Shown: piece by piece, positions 39,286-49,725 of the stretch
Layout: each line of letters opens with the position of its first letter
How positions within the stretch are numbered: the stretch's first letter is position 1
Assembly: GCA_016713405.1 (NCBI GenBank)
Contig: JADJPF010000015.1
Location: 1 to 64,000, forward strand
Origin: Blastocatellia bacterium
GTDB lineage: Bacteria; Acidobacteriota; Blastocatellia; Chloracidobacteriales; JADJPF01
Length of the DNA: 64,000 nt
Direction of reading: 5' to 3'
The notes under the pieces: model-generated
The model's input: only the letters and a program-made list of their open reading frames with translations
Databases searched by the model: none
What the model was told of the DNA's origin: nothing
Translations under genes and position numbers: made by a program

Positions 39286-40326
39286 TTAATCTCCTATAGA
39301 TCCAATACTATCTAAAGGCCAATAGCGAAATATTGCTTTACCATAAATATATTTCTCTGGTACTAGTCCCCATGCACGACTGTCATTAGAAGCATCCCGA
39401 TTATCTCCCATTACAAAATAATGGTGTTCATCAACTATCCAATAACGATTGGGTATTACGTTAGATGTATATTCGGCAGAAAGATAAGGCTCAGGTACAT
39501 AACTATTATTAATGTATAATTTACCGTTAGTAATACGGATTTCATCCCCAGGCACACCTATTACTCTTTTAATAAATGATTGACTTGGGTTTTTTGGATA
39601 CCAAAAAACTACTATATCTCCTCTATTTATTGACTCAAATTGGTAAATAAATTTATTAATAAAAATCCGTTCTCCATCATGTAACTTAGGCAACATACTT
39701 GTGCCTTCTACTTTTACTGGTTGAATAACAAAAATAACTATCATTAATGCAACAGTAGCAGCAAAAAGAAAATCCCTAGTTAAAGATTTAGCCTCACTAA
39801 ACCAAACTTTAGAACTAGGAGTTTCTTTGTCTAAATTTACTAACTCTATTTGTAAATCATCTGTAGGTAAAAAACCTTTTAGAGGAGTATTTTTATTAGG
39901 GCGAATATAAAGACTTGGCATTGATAACTTTTGTTTTTTAATTGCTTTTTGACTAGAAATAAACAAATCTTCTTTTGTGCTTTCTTTTAAGGTCAGGGCT
40001 ATCTGATTATTGATTGTTTGGTTTTCTAACATAGCCTTGCCTAGGGCATCAGCTTCATCTATTTCTGTTATTGGCAATGCTTTATCTAAAACTATTTTAT
40101 CTACTAATAAATTTATAGGTTGATCTAATAAACAAGTTGCTGATTGCAGATCTGTTAAAGGTATTTCAATTATATTAGAATTAGTTGTAGATAATACACT
40201 TTGAGCATTTTCACTATCTATGTTATTTTTAAGTAAGTTATCGTGTGTAGTAGGATTATGTTTTTCTGTTTCTAAAGTTGGTTGAAGGTTGTTTTTAACT
40301 TGAGTAGTTAGATCTCTATTTTCCAT
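39286..40326 (-). CDS. lepB: Signal peptidase I with a low-complexity N-terminal extension of about 190 aa (start uncertain)
   Basis: 'VEGTSMLPKLHDGERIF', 'GDIVVF', 'FIKRVIGVPGD' and 'YFVMGDNRDASNDSRAWG' correspond to the S26 catalytic boxes. Confidence 0.85.
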   Translation of the reverse strand: MENRDLTTQVKNNLQPTLETEKHNPTTHDNLLKNNIDSENAQSVLSTTNSNIIEIPLTDLQSATCLLDQPINLLVDKIVLDKALPITEIDEADALGKAMLENQTINNQIALTLKESTKEDLFISSQKAIKKQKLSMPSLYIRPNKNTPLKGFLPTDDLQIELVNLDKETPSSKVWFSEAKSLTRDFLFAATVALMIVIFVIQPVKVEGTSMLPKLHDGERIFINKFIYQFESINRGDIVVFWYPKNPSQSFIKRVIGVPGDEIRITNGKLYINNSYVPEPYLSAEYTSNVIPNRYWIVDEHHYFVMGDNRDASNDSRAWGLVPEKYIYGKAIFRYWPLDSIGSIGD

Positions 40327-40614
40327 AAAATTTTGTTTATTTGAATTTTTAATAATTTGTATTGCTATTTGAAATTTTCTTTGGCTACAAAATTATAACC
40401 TAAATATACTTAGAGCAAAATAATTCTATTGCCTAATAAGTTAGATAAGAAAATTTTGTTTCAAAAAATTTTTGATTTTTTAAGAACTAAAGCTAATCTT
40501 AAAATTATATGGATAATTTAAGCGATTAAGCTCTTGACAGAAAGTAAATAAACAAACTATCTTTACTGTTTCTGTTTTCAACATACAAATTCTTAACCTA
40601 AGTGGAGAAAAACC

Positions 40615-40824
40615 TTGAAAGAGAAAATTCATCCTCAATACAATGTAATTACTGTTAGTTGTTCTTGTGGAGAACAATTTCAAACTAAATCAACCAAAAA
40701 AGAATTAAGACTAGAAATTTGTTCTGCTTGTCACCCTTTTTATACTGGCAAACAAAAGCTAATTGATACTGCTGGGCGTGTAGATAGATTTAACAAGAAA
40801 TACGCACGCGCTATGCAAAAATAA
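40615..40824 (+). CDS. rpmE: 50S ribosomal protein L31
   Basis: '[26 protein letters not shown]...[15 protein letters not shown]'. It has an apparent TTG start with GGAGAA upstream. Confidence 0.9.
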   Translation: MKEKIHPQYNVITVSCSCGEQFQTKSTKKELRLEICSACHPFYTGKQKLIDTAGRVDRFNKKYARAMQK

Positions 40825-41029
40825 GTTACTATAAGCGAGGTTGGAACTGGTGAAATACACGAGAGGAAAAATAAATTAATGTCCACTCATCCAACCAAAC
40901 TAAGCTATATACACTAGCTAACTAAAAACCACAATATTAGTCTTAAGTAAAATGCTACTTTGATAGCGTTACTTAGGTCTAGTGTTGTGGTTTTTGCTTT
41001 TAGTTAAGTTTTTTGCAAAGGGAAATTTT

Positions 41030-42127
41030 ATGAAAGAAGAAGAAATTATTGTTGGTGGACAAGCTGTTATTGAGGGTGTAATGATGCGTGTGCCAAATGC
41101 TTATGCTGTGGCTGTACGCCGTCCCGATGGAGAGATAGTTAGCTTACAAGAAAAACTTCCTCAACATAATATAAAATTCCCTTTGTTAAAGTTACCTATA
41201 GTTAGAGGTAGCGTTACTTTAATACATTCAATGTTACTTGGGGTTAAAGCCTTAACATTTAGTGCTAATGTAGCAATTGAAGCCGAAGAAATAGCAGCAG
41301 GTAAAACGCCAACAAAGAATACTCAAACTACAATTTTTGCTATTTTGCCTGCAATTGGGTTTAATTTACTGATTTTTGTCTTTCTACCATTGTTTTTAAC
41401 AAATCTGATTTTTTTAATGGCACGTGGGGAAAATTTTGAGAAATACCATCAACAAAATTTAATAAACAACCATCAAAGCATTGAAAGCCCAAACAACACA
41501 GGTACTTGGCAAAATAAAGCTTATGAAACGCTAGAAAAAGTAAAATTTTATGTTCGACCCGTTAGACCATCTCTACTTTTTAACTTAGTAGATGGTGTAA
41601 TTCGTATGTTGTTATTTTTAAGTTTTATTACTTTGATTTCTCGAATGGATGATATTAAAAGAGTCTTTCAATATCATGGGGCAGAACATAAGGTTGTTTA
41701 TAATTGGGAATCTGGCAAAGCCTTAACTGTTGAAAACGCTCGTTGTCAACCACGTCAACATCCTCGCTGTGGTACATCATTCTTAATGATTGTTATGTTA
41801 GTAAGTATTATTACTTTTTCTATTATTAAATTTGACACTTTTTTGTTGAATTTTCTAGCTAGAATTTTTTTAATTCCTTTAGTTGCAGGAGTTTCTTATG
41901 AATTTATTCGTTTTTCTGCCCGATGTTTAGCAAACAAAGATGGAAATCTAAAAACTAAAAATGTTTTAGCTGTAGCGTTATTTCAATTTTTAACTGCTCC
42001 AGGGCTTTGGCTACAAAATATTACTACTCAAGAGCCATCTGATGATCAATTGGAAGTAGCTATTTATGCCTTAAAAAAAGCCTTAGAAGTAGAAAATCCA
42101 ACTACTCTACAATTAGCCGCAGATTGA
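41030..42127 (+). CDS. DUF1385-domain membrane protein (commonly found next to prfA)
   Basis: 'VGGQAVIEGVMMR' and 'YHGAEHKVV' are DUF1385 hallmarks. The start is taken at the ATG at 41030. Confidence 0.8.
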   Translation: MKEEEIIVGGQAVIEGVMMRVPNAYAVAVRRPDGEIVSLQEKLPQHNIKFPLLKLPIVRGSVTLIHSMLLGVKALTFSANVAIEAEEIAAGKTPTKNTQTTIFAILPAIGFNLLIFVFLPLFLTNLIFLMARGENFEKYHQQNLINNHQSIESPNNTGTWQNKAYETLEKVKFYVRPVRPSLLFNLVDGVIRMLLFLSFITLISRMDDIKRVFQYHGAEHKVVYNWESGKALTVENARCQPRQHPRCGTSFLMIVMLVSIITFSIIKFDTFLLNFLARIFLIPLVAGVSYEFIRFSARCLANKDGNLKTKNVLAVALFQFLTAPGLWLQNITTQEPSDDQLEVAIYALKKALEVENPTTLQLAAD

Positions 42128-42194
42128 TATTAGAAAGCTAAAACACTCAACGGATTGCTTAATAAAATTTACTTGAGATTATAGAGGCAAAGTT

Positions 42195-43271
42195 ATGTTT
42201 GAAAAATTAGCGTCAATAGAAAATAAATATGAAGAATTAGCTCAACAAATGAGCGACCAAGAAATTTTGTCTGACCCTAGTCGTTACACAAAAATTGCTA
42301 AACAACATCGTGACTTAACAGAAGTTGTTAATAAATATCGTATTTATAAAACTTCTTTAGATGAATTGGAACAAGCCAATGAACTCTTAAGAGAGTGTGA
42401 CGATCCAGAAATGCGAGCCTTAGCTAGAGAAGAAGTTGGTAGTGAAGAAAAAAGACTTTCTCAGACAGAAGAAGAATTAAAAGTATTACTACTACCAAAA
42501 GACCCAAATGATGATAAAAACGTGTTGTTAGAAGTTCGTGCTGGCACAGGTGGCGACGAAGCTGCGCTTTTTGCAGCAGAAATTTTCCGTATGTATGCCC
42601 GTTATGCTGAACGTCACGGATGGAAGCTAACAGTTTTAGATTCTTCTGAAACAGGTATTGGGGGGCTTAAAGAAGCTGTAGCAATGATTGAAGGCGATAA
42701 AGTTTATTCTAAGCTTAAACATGAATCAGGTGTTCATCGTGTTCAACGTGTTCCACAAACGGAAAGCTCTGGGCGTATTCATACTTCTGCTGTAACAGTT
42801 GCTGTTTTACCTGAAGCAGAAGACGTTGATGTTCATATAGATATGAAAGATCTAAGAATTGATACTTTTTGCTCTTCTGGGCCAGGGGGTCAATCAGTAA
42901 ATACTACATATTCTGCTGTAAGACTTACTCATATTCCTACTAACACCGTAGTTTCTTGTCAGGATGAAAAATCTCAAATTAAAAATAGAGAAAAAGCTAT
43001 GCGAGTTCTACGCTCTCGTTTGTTAGAAGTTGAGCGACAAAAACAACAAGATGCAATCTCTGCTGAAAGAAAGCAACAAGTTGGCTCAGGTGATCGTAGC
43101 GAGAAAATTCGTACCTATAATTTTAAGGATAACCGAGTTTCAGACCATCGAATTGGTTACACTGTTCATCAATTGGATATGTTTATGGATGGAGAAATCG
43201 GAGATCTAATCCAAGCACTTATTACTTATTATCAAGCAGAAAAACTACGTCAACAAGCTGAAGCAGCCTAA
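42195..43271 (+). CDS. prfA: Peptide chain release factor 1
   Basis: The GGQ motif '[12 protein letters not shown]' and the RF1-type tripeptide context '[13 protein letters not shown]'. Confidence 0.95.
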   Translation: MFEKLASIENKYEELAQQMSDQEILSDPSRYTKIAKQHRDLTEVVNKYRIYKTSLDELEQANELLRECDDPEMRALAREEVGSEEKRLSQTEEELKVLLLPKDPNDDKNVLLEVRAGTGGDEAALFAAEIFRMYARYAERHGWKLTVLDSSETGIGGLKEAVAMIEGDKVYSKLKHESGVHRVQRVPQTESSGRIHTSAVTVAVLPEAEDVDVHIDMKDLRIDTFCSSGPGGQSVNTTYSAVRLTHIPTNTVVSCQDEKSQIKNREKAMRVLRSRLLEVERQKQQDAISAERKQQVGSGDRSEKIRTYNFKDNRVSDHRIGYTVHQLDMFMDGEIGDLIQALITYYQAEKLRQQAEAA

Positions 43272-43365
43272 ACAAATTAATATAAATGTTTAGAAATTGG
43301 CTAAAAGCTGTGTAAAGTATTTAGGCAATTTTAAGTATTCATACTTGTAAGCTATGCTAAAGAAT

Positions 43366-43396
43366 AAAACCTGCTAACACAGGTTTTATTTTTTTA
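43366..43396 (+). terminator. Rho-independent terminator after prfA
   Basis: The stem AAAACCTG/CAGGTTTT (43366-43373 with 43380-43387) followed by ATTTTTTT. Confidence 0.65.
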
Positions 43397-43522
43397 TAAA
43401 AAAGGCAAAATTATCTAAAATTTACACTTTCGCCAGTAAATTTCCAAACTTGTAAATAAGTGATTAAGTCTAATGAGGCAAATGAGCAAACCAATAAGAA
43501 AAAATTTAGGAGGCTCGAAAAG

Positions 43523-44722
43523 ATGCGCTTAATTATTTGCTTTTTTTTATTATTTTTAACTTTAACTTGGAGCAATGTTGCTTTAGCTCAAACTCAAACA
43601 AACACACCTGCTACAACTCAAGCCAATCCTAGGATTTTAGGCGAAGTGAAAGAAATTAATAAACAACAAAACTATTTAACAATTAAAACTCCTAATGGAG
43701 AATTTCGCGTTAATGTAGCAAGTAATGTTGTTTGTAAACGTGTTGCTCCTGATGCAAAAACTCTGGATGGAGCAGAAGAAATTACTTTTACTGATATTAT
43801 GGCTGGAGATCGTGTCTGGGCTAGAAATACTACTGCCGAAACTACACCAAATTCAGTACAAGCTAAACAACTTGTTTTAATGAGTGCTACTTCTATTGCT
43901 GAGCGTAATCGCCAAGAAAGAGATAGTTGGCAACGTAGGGGGGTTGTTGGTGAAATTACTGAGATAAATTCAACTACCAAAGAAGCTACAGTGAAGTTAA
44001 GAAATGGAAGCACTATGGTAGTAACAGTTACCCCTCAAGCAGATGTTCGCCGCTATCCCCCAGGATCAGTTGAGTTTACAGATTCTAAACCAATAAGTTT
44101 TGAAGAAATTAAAATAGGGGACACTATTTTTGGACGTGGTGAGCGTAGCGAAGATGGAAAGAATTTTCGTGCAGAAATGCTAATTACAGGTGATGTTCCT
44201 CGTCCAACTTTTGGGCAAATTGTTTCTATCAACTTAGAAAAACAAGAAATTATAGTAAGAGGCCAAGGACAAGAAACCCTCATACAAGTAACTGCACAAA
44301 CTCTTCTACGTAATATGCCAGAAAATCTAGGTGGCCCAGCGGCTACAGACCCAAATAGACCTCCAAGAACAAATAACCCAGATCAAACTAATCAAACTAA
44401 CCAAGTTAATCAAACTAACCAAGCTAACCAAGCTAATGCTACTGGGCAAAGTCCAAATCCTGCTCGTCGGGAAGGTTTTCAAGGTGGGCGAGGTGGTATG
44501 TTTAACCCTAATGAAATGATAGAAAGACTACGTAATGCACCAGCAATACAATTAACAGATCTAAAAGCAGGAGAATTTATTGTTGTTAACGGGCCAAAAC
44601 TAGAAGATGGTAAATCTATTAAGGCTTTATTTTTGGTTAAATTACGCATTCCTACCAATAATCAAAATACCCCCGCAATTAGTCCTAATGGCGGTGGCTT
44701 TGGGGAAATAGGGCCACAATAA
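43523..44722 (+). CDS. Secreted hypothetical protein with repeated beta-rich modules and a Q/N/T-rich linker
   Basis: Signal peptide 'MRLIICFFLLFLTLTWSNVALAQ', with AGGAGG upstream of the ATG at 43523. Confidence 0.5.
   Translation: MRLIICFFLLFLTLTWSNVALAQTQTNTPATTQANPRILGEVKEINKQQNYLTIKTPNGEFRVNVASNVVCKRVAPDAKTLDGAEEITFTDIMAGDRVWARNTTAETTPNSVQAKQLVLMSATSIAERNRQERDSWQRRGVVGEITEINSTTKEATVKLRNGSTMVVTVTPQADVRRYPPGSVEFTDSKPISFEEIKIGDTIFGRGERSEDGKNFRAEMLITGDVPRPTFGQIVSINLEKQEIIVRGQGQETLIQVTAQTLLRNMPENLGGPAATDPNRPPRTNNPDQTNQTNQVNQTNQANQANATGQSPNPARREGFQGGRGGMFNPNEMIERLRNAPAIQLTDLKAGEFIVVNGPKLEDGKSIKALFLVKLRIPTNNQNTPAISPNGGGFGEIGPQ
44384..44437 (+). repeat. Six tandem 9-bp units (CAA-NYT-AAY) encoding QTN-QTN-QVN-QTN-QAN-QAN
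   Basis: Read directly from the sequence. It lies in frame inside CDS 43523-44722. Confidence 0.9.
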
Positions 44723-44735
44723 AGGGGGGTTAAAA

Positions 44736-47681
44736 ATGAAAAAATTAAGTAAATGGAAAAGAGAATTTTTCCTAAATTGCTGTTTAGAAATTGCTAGGTT
44801 AGTTGGTATGGTTGGGCTTACTTTTTGTTTAGTTTCCACAAGTTATGCACAATCTAAGCAAAATACTAAGTTAAAAGGACAGGTTTTAGATGAATCTGGG
44901 GCAAGTTTAGCTGGTGCAGAAGTTACATTAACTGAGGTTAATGGTAAAACTACTCAAACTGTTTCTTCTGAAAAAGGAGACTTTGAATTTTCAAGAGTTG
45001 ATTTTGGTACTTACACTCTAACTGTTTATGTACCAGGCTTTACTGTTTATGAAAGTTCAACTTTTAGCGTTGGAAATACTTCTCTTACACCTTTAGAAGT
45101 TCGTCTTGCTGTAGCTGCTGTAACAGAACAAGTTACAGTAGATTCTAGCTCTCCTGTTAGTCTTTCTTCAGAAAATAATGCTACAGCAATAGTATTAAAA
45201 GAAAAAGATTTAGAATCGTTACCAGAAGATCCAGATGAACTAGCTAGCGCGTTACAAGAATTAGCAGGCCCGGCTGCTGGCCCAAATGGAGCGCAACTTT
45301 TTGTTGATGGTTTTAACGGTCTTCGTGTTCCTCCAAAAGGCTCTATTAGGGAAATTCGTATTAATTCTAATCCTTTTTCTGCTGAATATGACCGTCTTGG
45401 TTTTGGGCGAATTGAAATTTTAACTAAGCCTGGACTTGATAAATTACATGGTGAAACTTTCTTTAATTTTAATGATGAAAGTCTTAATGCTCGCAATGCT
45501 TTTGCTCCTTTTCGCGCACCGCTTCAAATAAGACGTTTTGGAGGTAATTTATCTGGAGCAATTAAGCCTAAAAAAGCTTCATTTTTCTTGGATTTTGAAC
45601 GTCGAGAAACAGACGAAAATACTTCAATTAATGCCACTATTTTAGATAACAACCTTTTTGCTGTTCCTTTTTCTGATGTAATCTTAACTCCTCAAAGGTT
45701 TACTACTTTTTCAACTCGTGTAGATTATCAACTAGATCAAAAGACTACTCTTGTAGGACGTTATAGCTTTACAGATATTAGTAGACAAAATCAAGGAATA
45801 GGTAATTTTGCTTTAGATTCTCGCGGTTTTGATAGCACGATTCGTAATAATGTACTAAACTTTACTGCCACAACAATTATTAGTCCTAAAGTCATTAATG
45901 AAATACGTTTGCAGATGACTCGGCAATCATCTACAAGTCAAGGGGATAATTCCACGCCTTCGCTTAATGTTTTAGGGGCATTTTCTGGAGGAGGTGCGCA
46001 AGTAGGGCTTAATCGTCGAACAGAAGATAGTTTTGAGTTACAAGATTATATTTCTTATGCCTTAAGTACTCATACCTTAAAAACAGGTGTAAGGCTTCGT
46101 GGAACTAGAATAACTACCAGCAACACAGAAAATTTTGGAGGAAGCTATAGTTTTGCTGGTGATGTTAATCGTGATCCAATTACAGGATTACCCGTAGGTG
46201 GGACAATTACTAGTTTAGAGCATTTTCGCCGTACTTTATTGGGTTTGCCTGGTTATCGTCCTTCTCAATTTTCTGTTAATTCAGGAGATCCTTTTGTTTC
46301 TGTCAATCAATATGATGTAGGGCTTTTTGTACAGGATGAATGGAAAGCAAAACAAAATCTAACGGTTTCTTTGGGCCTACGTTATGAAGCACAAACAAAT
46401 CTAAATGCAAAATATAATTTTGCTCCACGCATTGCTGTTGCTTATGCTCCTCGTTCAGGTGCCAACAATTCAGCCAACAAGCTAGCAACTGTAATTCGCG
46501 GAGGTTTTGGCATTTTTTATGATCGGTTTAGTGAGGGTTTTACTTTAGAATCCCGTCGCTTAGATGGAAATCATATTACCCAATTTATCGCTACTAATCC
46601 TGACTTTTTTCCAAATATTCCTGATCTTTCTAGTTTGACAGCATTAAGACCTATTCGCCGTCAAATTGAGCCTAATTTGGAATCTCCTTATGTAATGCAA
46701 TTTGCTTTAGGAGTGGAACAACAACTTCCTTATCAATTAGTTACAACGGTAAATTACTTATTTGCTCGTGGTAATCATCTTTTACGCTCACGTAATATAA
46801 ACGCGCCGTTGCCAGGCACTTTTACTGGTATTCCTGGGTCAGGCATTCGCCCACTAGGAAATATTGGAGATATTTATCTTTATGAAGCAAGTGGGATTTC
46901 TAAAATGCACCAACTACGAGTTGGACTTTCACGTCGATTAGGGCGGGTTAGTTTCTTTTCTAGTTATGCTTATACAAAAGCTGATACTGATGCAAATGGA
47001 GCAAATGATTTTCCTGCTAATAGTTTTAATCTAGCTCCTGAATATGGAAGAAGTTCTTTACAAGTAAGCCATCAAGTATTTTTAGGTAGTACAATCACCG
47101 CACCTTATGGAATTAGAGTCAATCCTTTTTTAATAATTCGTTCAGGTCGTCCATTTGATATTACCACTGGGCGAGACAATAATGGGGATACTCGTTTTAC
47201 TGATCGCCCCTCTTTAGTTGCACCAGGAACACCTGGCAGTATTACAACAGAATTTGGCACTTTTAACCCAAACCCTAGACATGGTGAGCAAATTATCACA
47301 CCAAATTTAGGTGATGGGCCAGGTTTTGCATCCTTAAACTTGTCTTTAAGTCGCACTTTTAGCTTTGGTACTAAGCAAGCTGATGCAAATACTCAAGTTA
47401 GTGGCGGTGGAGGCCCAGTTGCAGGTGGTTTTGGTGGTGTGGCAGGTCGTGGAGGCCCGGGTGGTGGACGTGGTGGCGGTGGACGTGGCCCAGGTGGATT
47501 TGGTGATGCAGGAGATGGTAATAAACGCTTTAATATGGTACTTACATTTAGAGCCTCTAATTTATTTAATCGTACTAACTTAGGGGGTTTTACAGGTTCT
47601 CTAGGTTCACCAATTTTTGGGACTGCTAATTTTGCTAGTGAAGCAAGACGAATTGAAATGCAGATGCGCTTCCGCTTCTAA
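44736..47681 (+). CDS. TonB-dependent receptor-like outer-membrane protein with an N-terminal carboxypeptidase-regulatory-like domain
   Basis: After a signal peptide comes 'LKGQVLDESGASLAGAEVTLTE...GDFEFSRVDFGTYTL' (CarboxypepD_reg). The plug-like 'GPNGAQLFVDGF' follows. The C-terminal beta-barrel ends '...MQMRFRF'. Confidence 0.8.
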   Translation: MKKLSKWKREFFLNCCLEIARLVGMVGLTFCLVSTSYAQSKQNTKLKGQVLDESGASLAGAEVTLTEVNGKTTQTVSSEKGDFEFSRVDFGTYTLTVYVPGFTVYESSTFSVGNTSLTPLEVRLAVAAVTEQVTVDSSSPVSLSSENNATAIVLKEKDLESLPEDPDELASALQELAGPAAGPNGAQLFVDGFNGLRVPPKGSIREIRINSNPFSAEYDRLGFGRIEILTKPGLDKLHGETFFNFNDESLNARNAFAPFRAPLQIRRFGGNLSGAIKPKKASFFLDFERRETDENTSINATILDNNLFAVPFSDVILTPQRFTTFSTRVDYQLDQKTTLVGRYSFTDISRQNQGIGNFALDSRGFDSTIRNNVLNFTATTIISPKVINEIRLQMTRQSSTSQGDNSTPSLNVLGAFSGGGAQVGLNRRTEDSFELQDYISYALSTHTLKTGVRLRGTRITTSNTENFGGSYSFAGDVNRDPITGLPVGGTITSLEHFRRTLLGLPGYRPSQFSVNSGDPFVSVNQYDVGLFVQDEWKAKQNLTVSLGLRYEAQTNLNAKYNFAPRIAVAYAPRSGANNSANKLATVIRGGFGIFYDRFSEGFTLESRRLDGNHITQFIATNPDFFPNIPDLSSLTALRPIRRQIEPNLESPYVMQFALGVEQQLPYQLVTTVNYLFARGNHLLRSRNINAPLPGTFTGIPGSGIRPLGNIGDIYLYEASGISKMHQLRVGLSRRLGRVSFFSSYAYTKADTDANGANDFPANSFNLAPEYGRSSLQVSHQVFLGSTITAPYGIRVNPFLIIRSGRPFDITTGRDNNGDTRFTDRPSLVAPGTPGSITTEFGTFNPNPRHGEQIITPNLGDGPGFASLNLSLSRTFSFGTKQADANTQVSGGGGPVAGGFGGVAGRGGPGGGRGGGGRGPGGFGDAGDGNKRFNMVLTFRASNLFNRTNLGGFTGSLGSPIFGTANFASEARRIEMQMRFRF

Positions 47682-47706
47682 TAAGTTTTACTGGGTTTCT
47701 TAACTT

Positions 47707-47745
47707 AAAATAGCCAGACTAAAACTAGTCTGGCTATTTTGTTTA
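47707..47745 (+). terminator. Rho-independent terminator
   Basis: A perfect 15-bp stem (47707-47721 with 47726-47740), a 4-nt loop and a T-rich tail. Confidence 0.8.
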
Positions 47746-47907
47746 TTATCTACTTTTTAACAAGGAGATTACAGCCCATTTTTCTTATTTCAAACTTACG
47801 TTAAGTAAATACTGCAAATACACTTAAGTTTATTAGATTGTTGTTTAAGTTATATATGTTAAAATGGGTCGTCTGCAAAATAGTAAAATATTGAGAAAAG
47901 ACAAATT

Positions 47908-48360
47908 ATGCAAATAATTGAAATAAATGAAGTTACAAAAATACTACAAACTGCAATTTCTCCTGTAGTTTTAGTTTCAGGTGTTGGGTTATTAGTACTT
48001 TCTATGACAAATCGATTTGCTAGAACTACGGATCGCGCTAGGGCTTTAGCAAGGGAGATTGAGGAGAAAAATATTGCTACAGATGATGTAAATAACTTAA
48101 AAGCTCAAATAGGAATACTTTATAAGCGTTCAAAAATACTAATGTTTTCTATTAGTTTTGCTATTACTAGTATATTTTTTGTTTCTTTATTAATAATAGC
48201 TCTATTTTCTGCCTCCACATTAGGGCTACATATTAACATTATAATAACAATTTTTTTTGTACTTAGCCTTATTTCTTTAACTATTTCCTTAGTTTTATTT
48301 ATTAAAGAGATAAGTTCATCTCTAAAAGCATTAAAACTAGAAATCAAAGAGCTTTTATAA
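47908..48360 (+). CDS. DUF2721-domain membrane protein
   Basis: 'ISPVVLVSGVGLLVLSMTNRFARTTDRARAL' matches my memory of the DUF2721 N-terminus. Confidence 0.6.
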   Translation: MQIIEINEVTKILQTAISPVVLVSGVGLLVLSMTNRFARTTDRARALAREIEEKNIATDDVNNLKAQIGILYKRSKILMFSISFAITSIFFVSLLIIALFSASTLGLHINIIITIFFVLSLISLTISLVLFIKEISSSLKALKLEIKELL

Positions 48361-48390
48361 TAGGTGATTTCTAGTTTTAGATGGCTTTCT

Positions 48391-49689
48391 TTAACGACCT
48401 ACACCAACATAATCAAAGCCTAATTTGCGGATATAGTTGGGATCATAAATATTGCGTAAATCAGCAATTGCAGGCTGTTTCATCAATAGTTTAACTTTTT
48501 CTAGGTCAAGTTTGCGGTATTGGTTCCATTCTGTAAGAAAAACTAGTAGATCTGCATCAGTTGCAGTTTCATAGGCATCATTGCAAAACTTAACTTTTGG
48601 AAGTAAAGTAGCCGCCTCGCTCATTGCTACAGGGTCATTAGCTTTGACATTAACACCTAGTTCTAAAAGTTCATTTACAACTGCAATGCTAGGGGATTCT
48701 CTGATGTCATTAGTATTAGGTTTAAAAGCTAATCCTAAAACTCCAATAGTTTTATCTTTAGGATTGCCAAGCATGGTTTTAATTTTACTTACCATTAAAT
48801 CTTTTTGACGTTCATTAACTTCGATTACAGAACGGACAATTTTGAAATCGCACTCTACACGATTAGCTAAATGTAGCAAAGCACGAGTATCTTTAGGAAA
48901 ACAAGAGCCTCCAAAACCTGGGCCAGGATGAAGAAATTCTGGGCCAATACGTTTATCTAAACCCATAGCACGGGCAACATTATAAACATCACAACCTAAA
49001 CGGTCACAAAGCATAGCAATTTCATTAATAAAAGAAATTTTAGTAGCTAAAAACGCATTAGAAGCATACTTAATTAATTCTGCTGTTTCTATGCTAGTTA
49101 TTACAAACGGAATATCAATTAAGTAAAGTGGGCTGTATAAATCTTTTAGAATTGCAACTGCTTGTGGGTCAGAGCAGCCAATTACAATTCGGTCAGGGTG
49201 CATAAAGTCTTCAATAGCAGCACCTTCACGTAAAAATTCAGGGTTAGAAGCAACAGAGAAATGACTTTCTGATTGAGAGTTTTCTGTAATTATTCTTTTA
49301 ACTAAAGCTCCTGTACCTGCTGGAACAGTGCTTTTGGTGACAATTACTTTATAACCGTTTAGATGTTTACCAATTTCTGCTGCTACTTCGGCAACTTGGG
49401 AGAGGTCTGCATCGCCATCTTCACGCGCAGGAGTACCAACAGCAATAAAGATTACTAAAGATTTTTTTACTGCTTCTGCTAAATTTGTAGTAAAGCTTAA
49501 GCGGCCTTCCTTAAAACCTTTATTAATAACTACATCTAGTCCAGGTTCATAAATAGTTGGTTCACCAGCCATTAATCTATTTATTTTGTTTTCGTCTTTG
49601 TCAACACAAGTAACATTAACTCCAAACTCAGCAAAACAAGCTCCTGTCACTAAACCAACATAGCCTGTTCCAATAATTGCGATATTCAT
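48391..49689 (-). CDS. ugd: UDP-glucose 6-dehydrogenase
   Basis: 'MNIAIIGTGYVGLVTGACFAEFG', the catalytic 'GFGGSCFPKD' and 'LGLAFKPNTNDIRESP'. Confidence 0.9.
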   Translation of the reverse strand: MNIAIIGTGYVGLVTGACFAEFGVNVTCVDKDENKINRLMAGEPTIYEPGLDVVINKGFKEGRLSFTTNLAEAVKKSLVIFIAVGTPAREDGDADLSQVAEVAAEIGKHLNGYKVIVTKSTVPAGTGALVKRIITENSQSESHFSVASNPEFLREGAAIEDFMHPDRIVIGCSDPQAVAILKDLYSPLYLIDIPFVITSIETAELIKYASNAFLATKISFINEIAMLCDRLGCDVYNVARAMGLDKRIGPEFLHPGPGFGGSCFPKDTRALLHLANRVECDFKIVRSVIEVNERQKDLMVSKIKTMLGNPKDKTIGVLGLAFKPNTNDIRESPSIAVVNELLELGVNVKANDPVAMSEAATLLPKVKFCNDAYETATDADLLVFLTEWNQYRKLDLEKVKLLMKQPAIADLRNIYDPNYIRKLGFDYVGVGR

Positions 49690-49725
49690 AAATTTTCCTT
49701 GTCAATAAAATTTGGTTTGTAAGTT

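Noticed and set aside
42195-43271. Checked the release-factor gene for the programmed +1 frameshift known from prfB
   Set aside because: The gene is RF1-type and reads through intact in a single frame. The autoregulatory frameshift is a feature of prfB only.
47398-47520. Considered whether the GC-rich patch is a foreign insertion or a hidden gene (plus-strand ORF 47365-47583 in another frame)
   Set aside because: It is in frame within the receptor ORF and encodes a Gly/Arg-rich loop. The alternative-frame ORF is a by-product of the GGN codon repetition.
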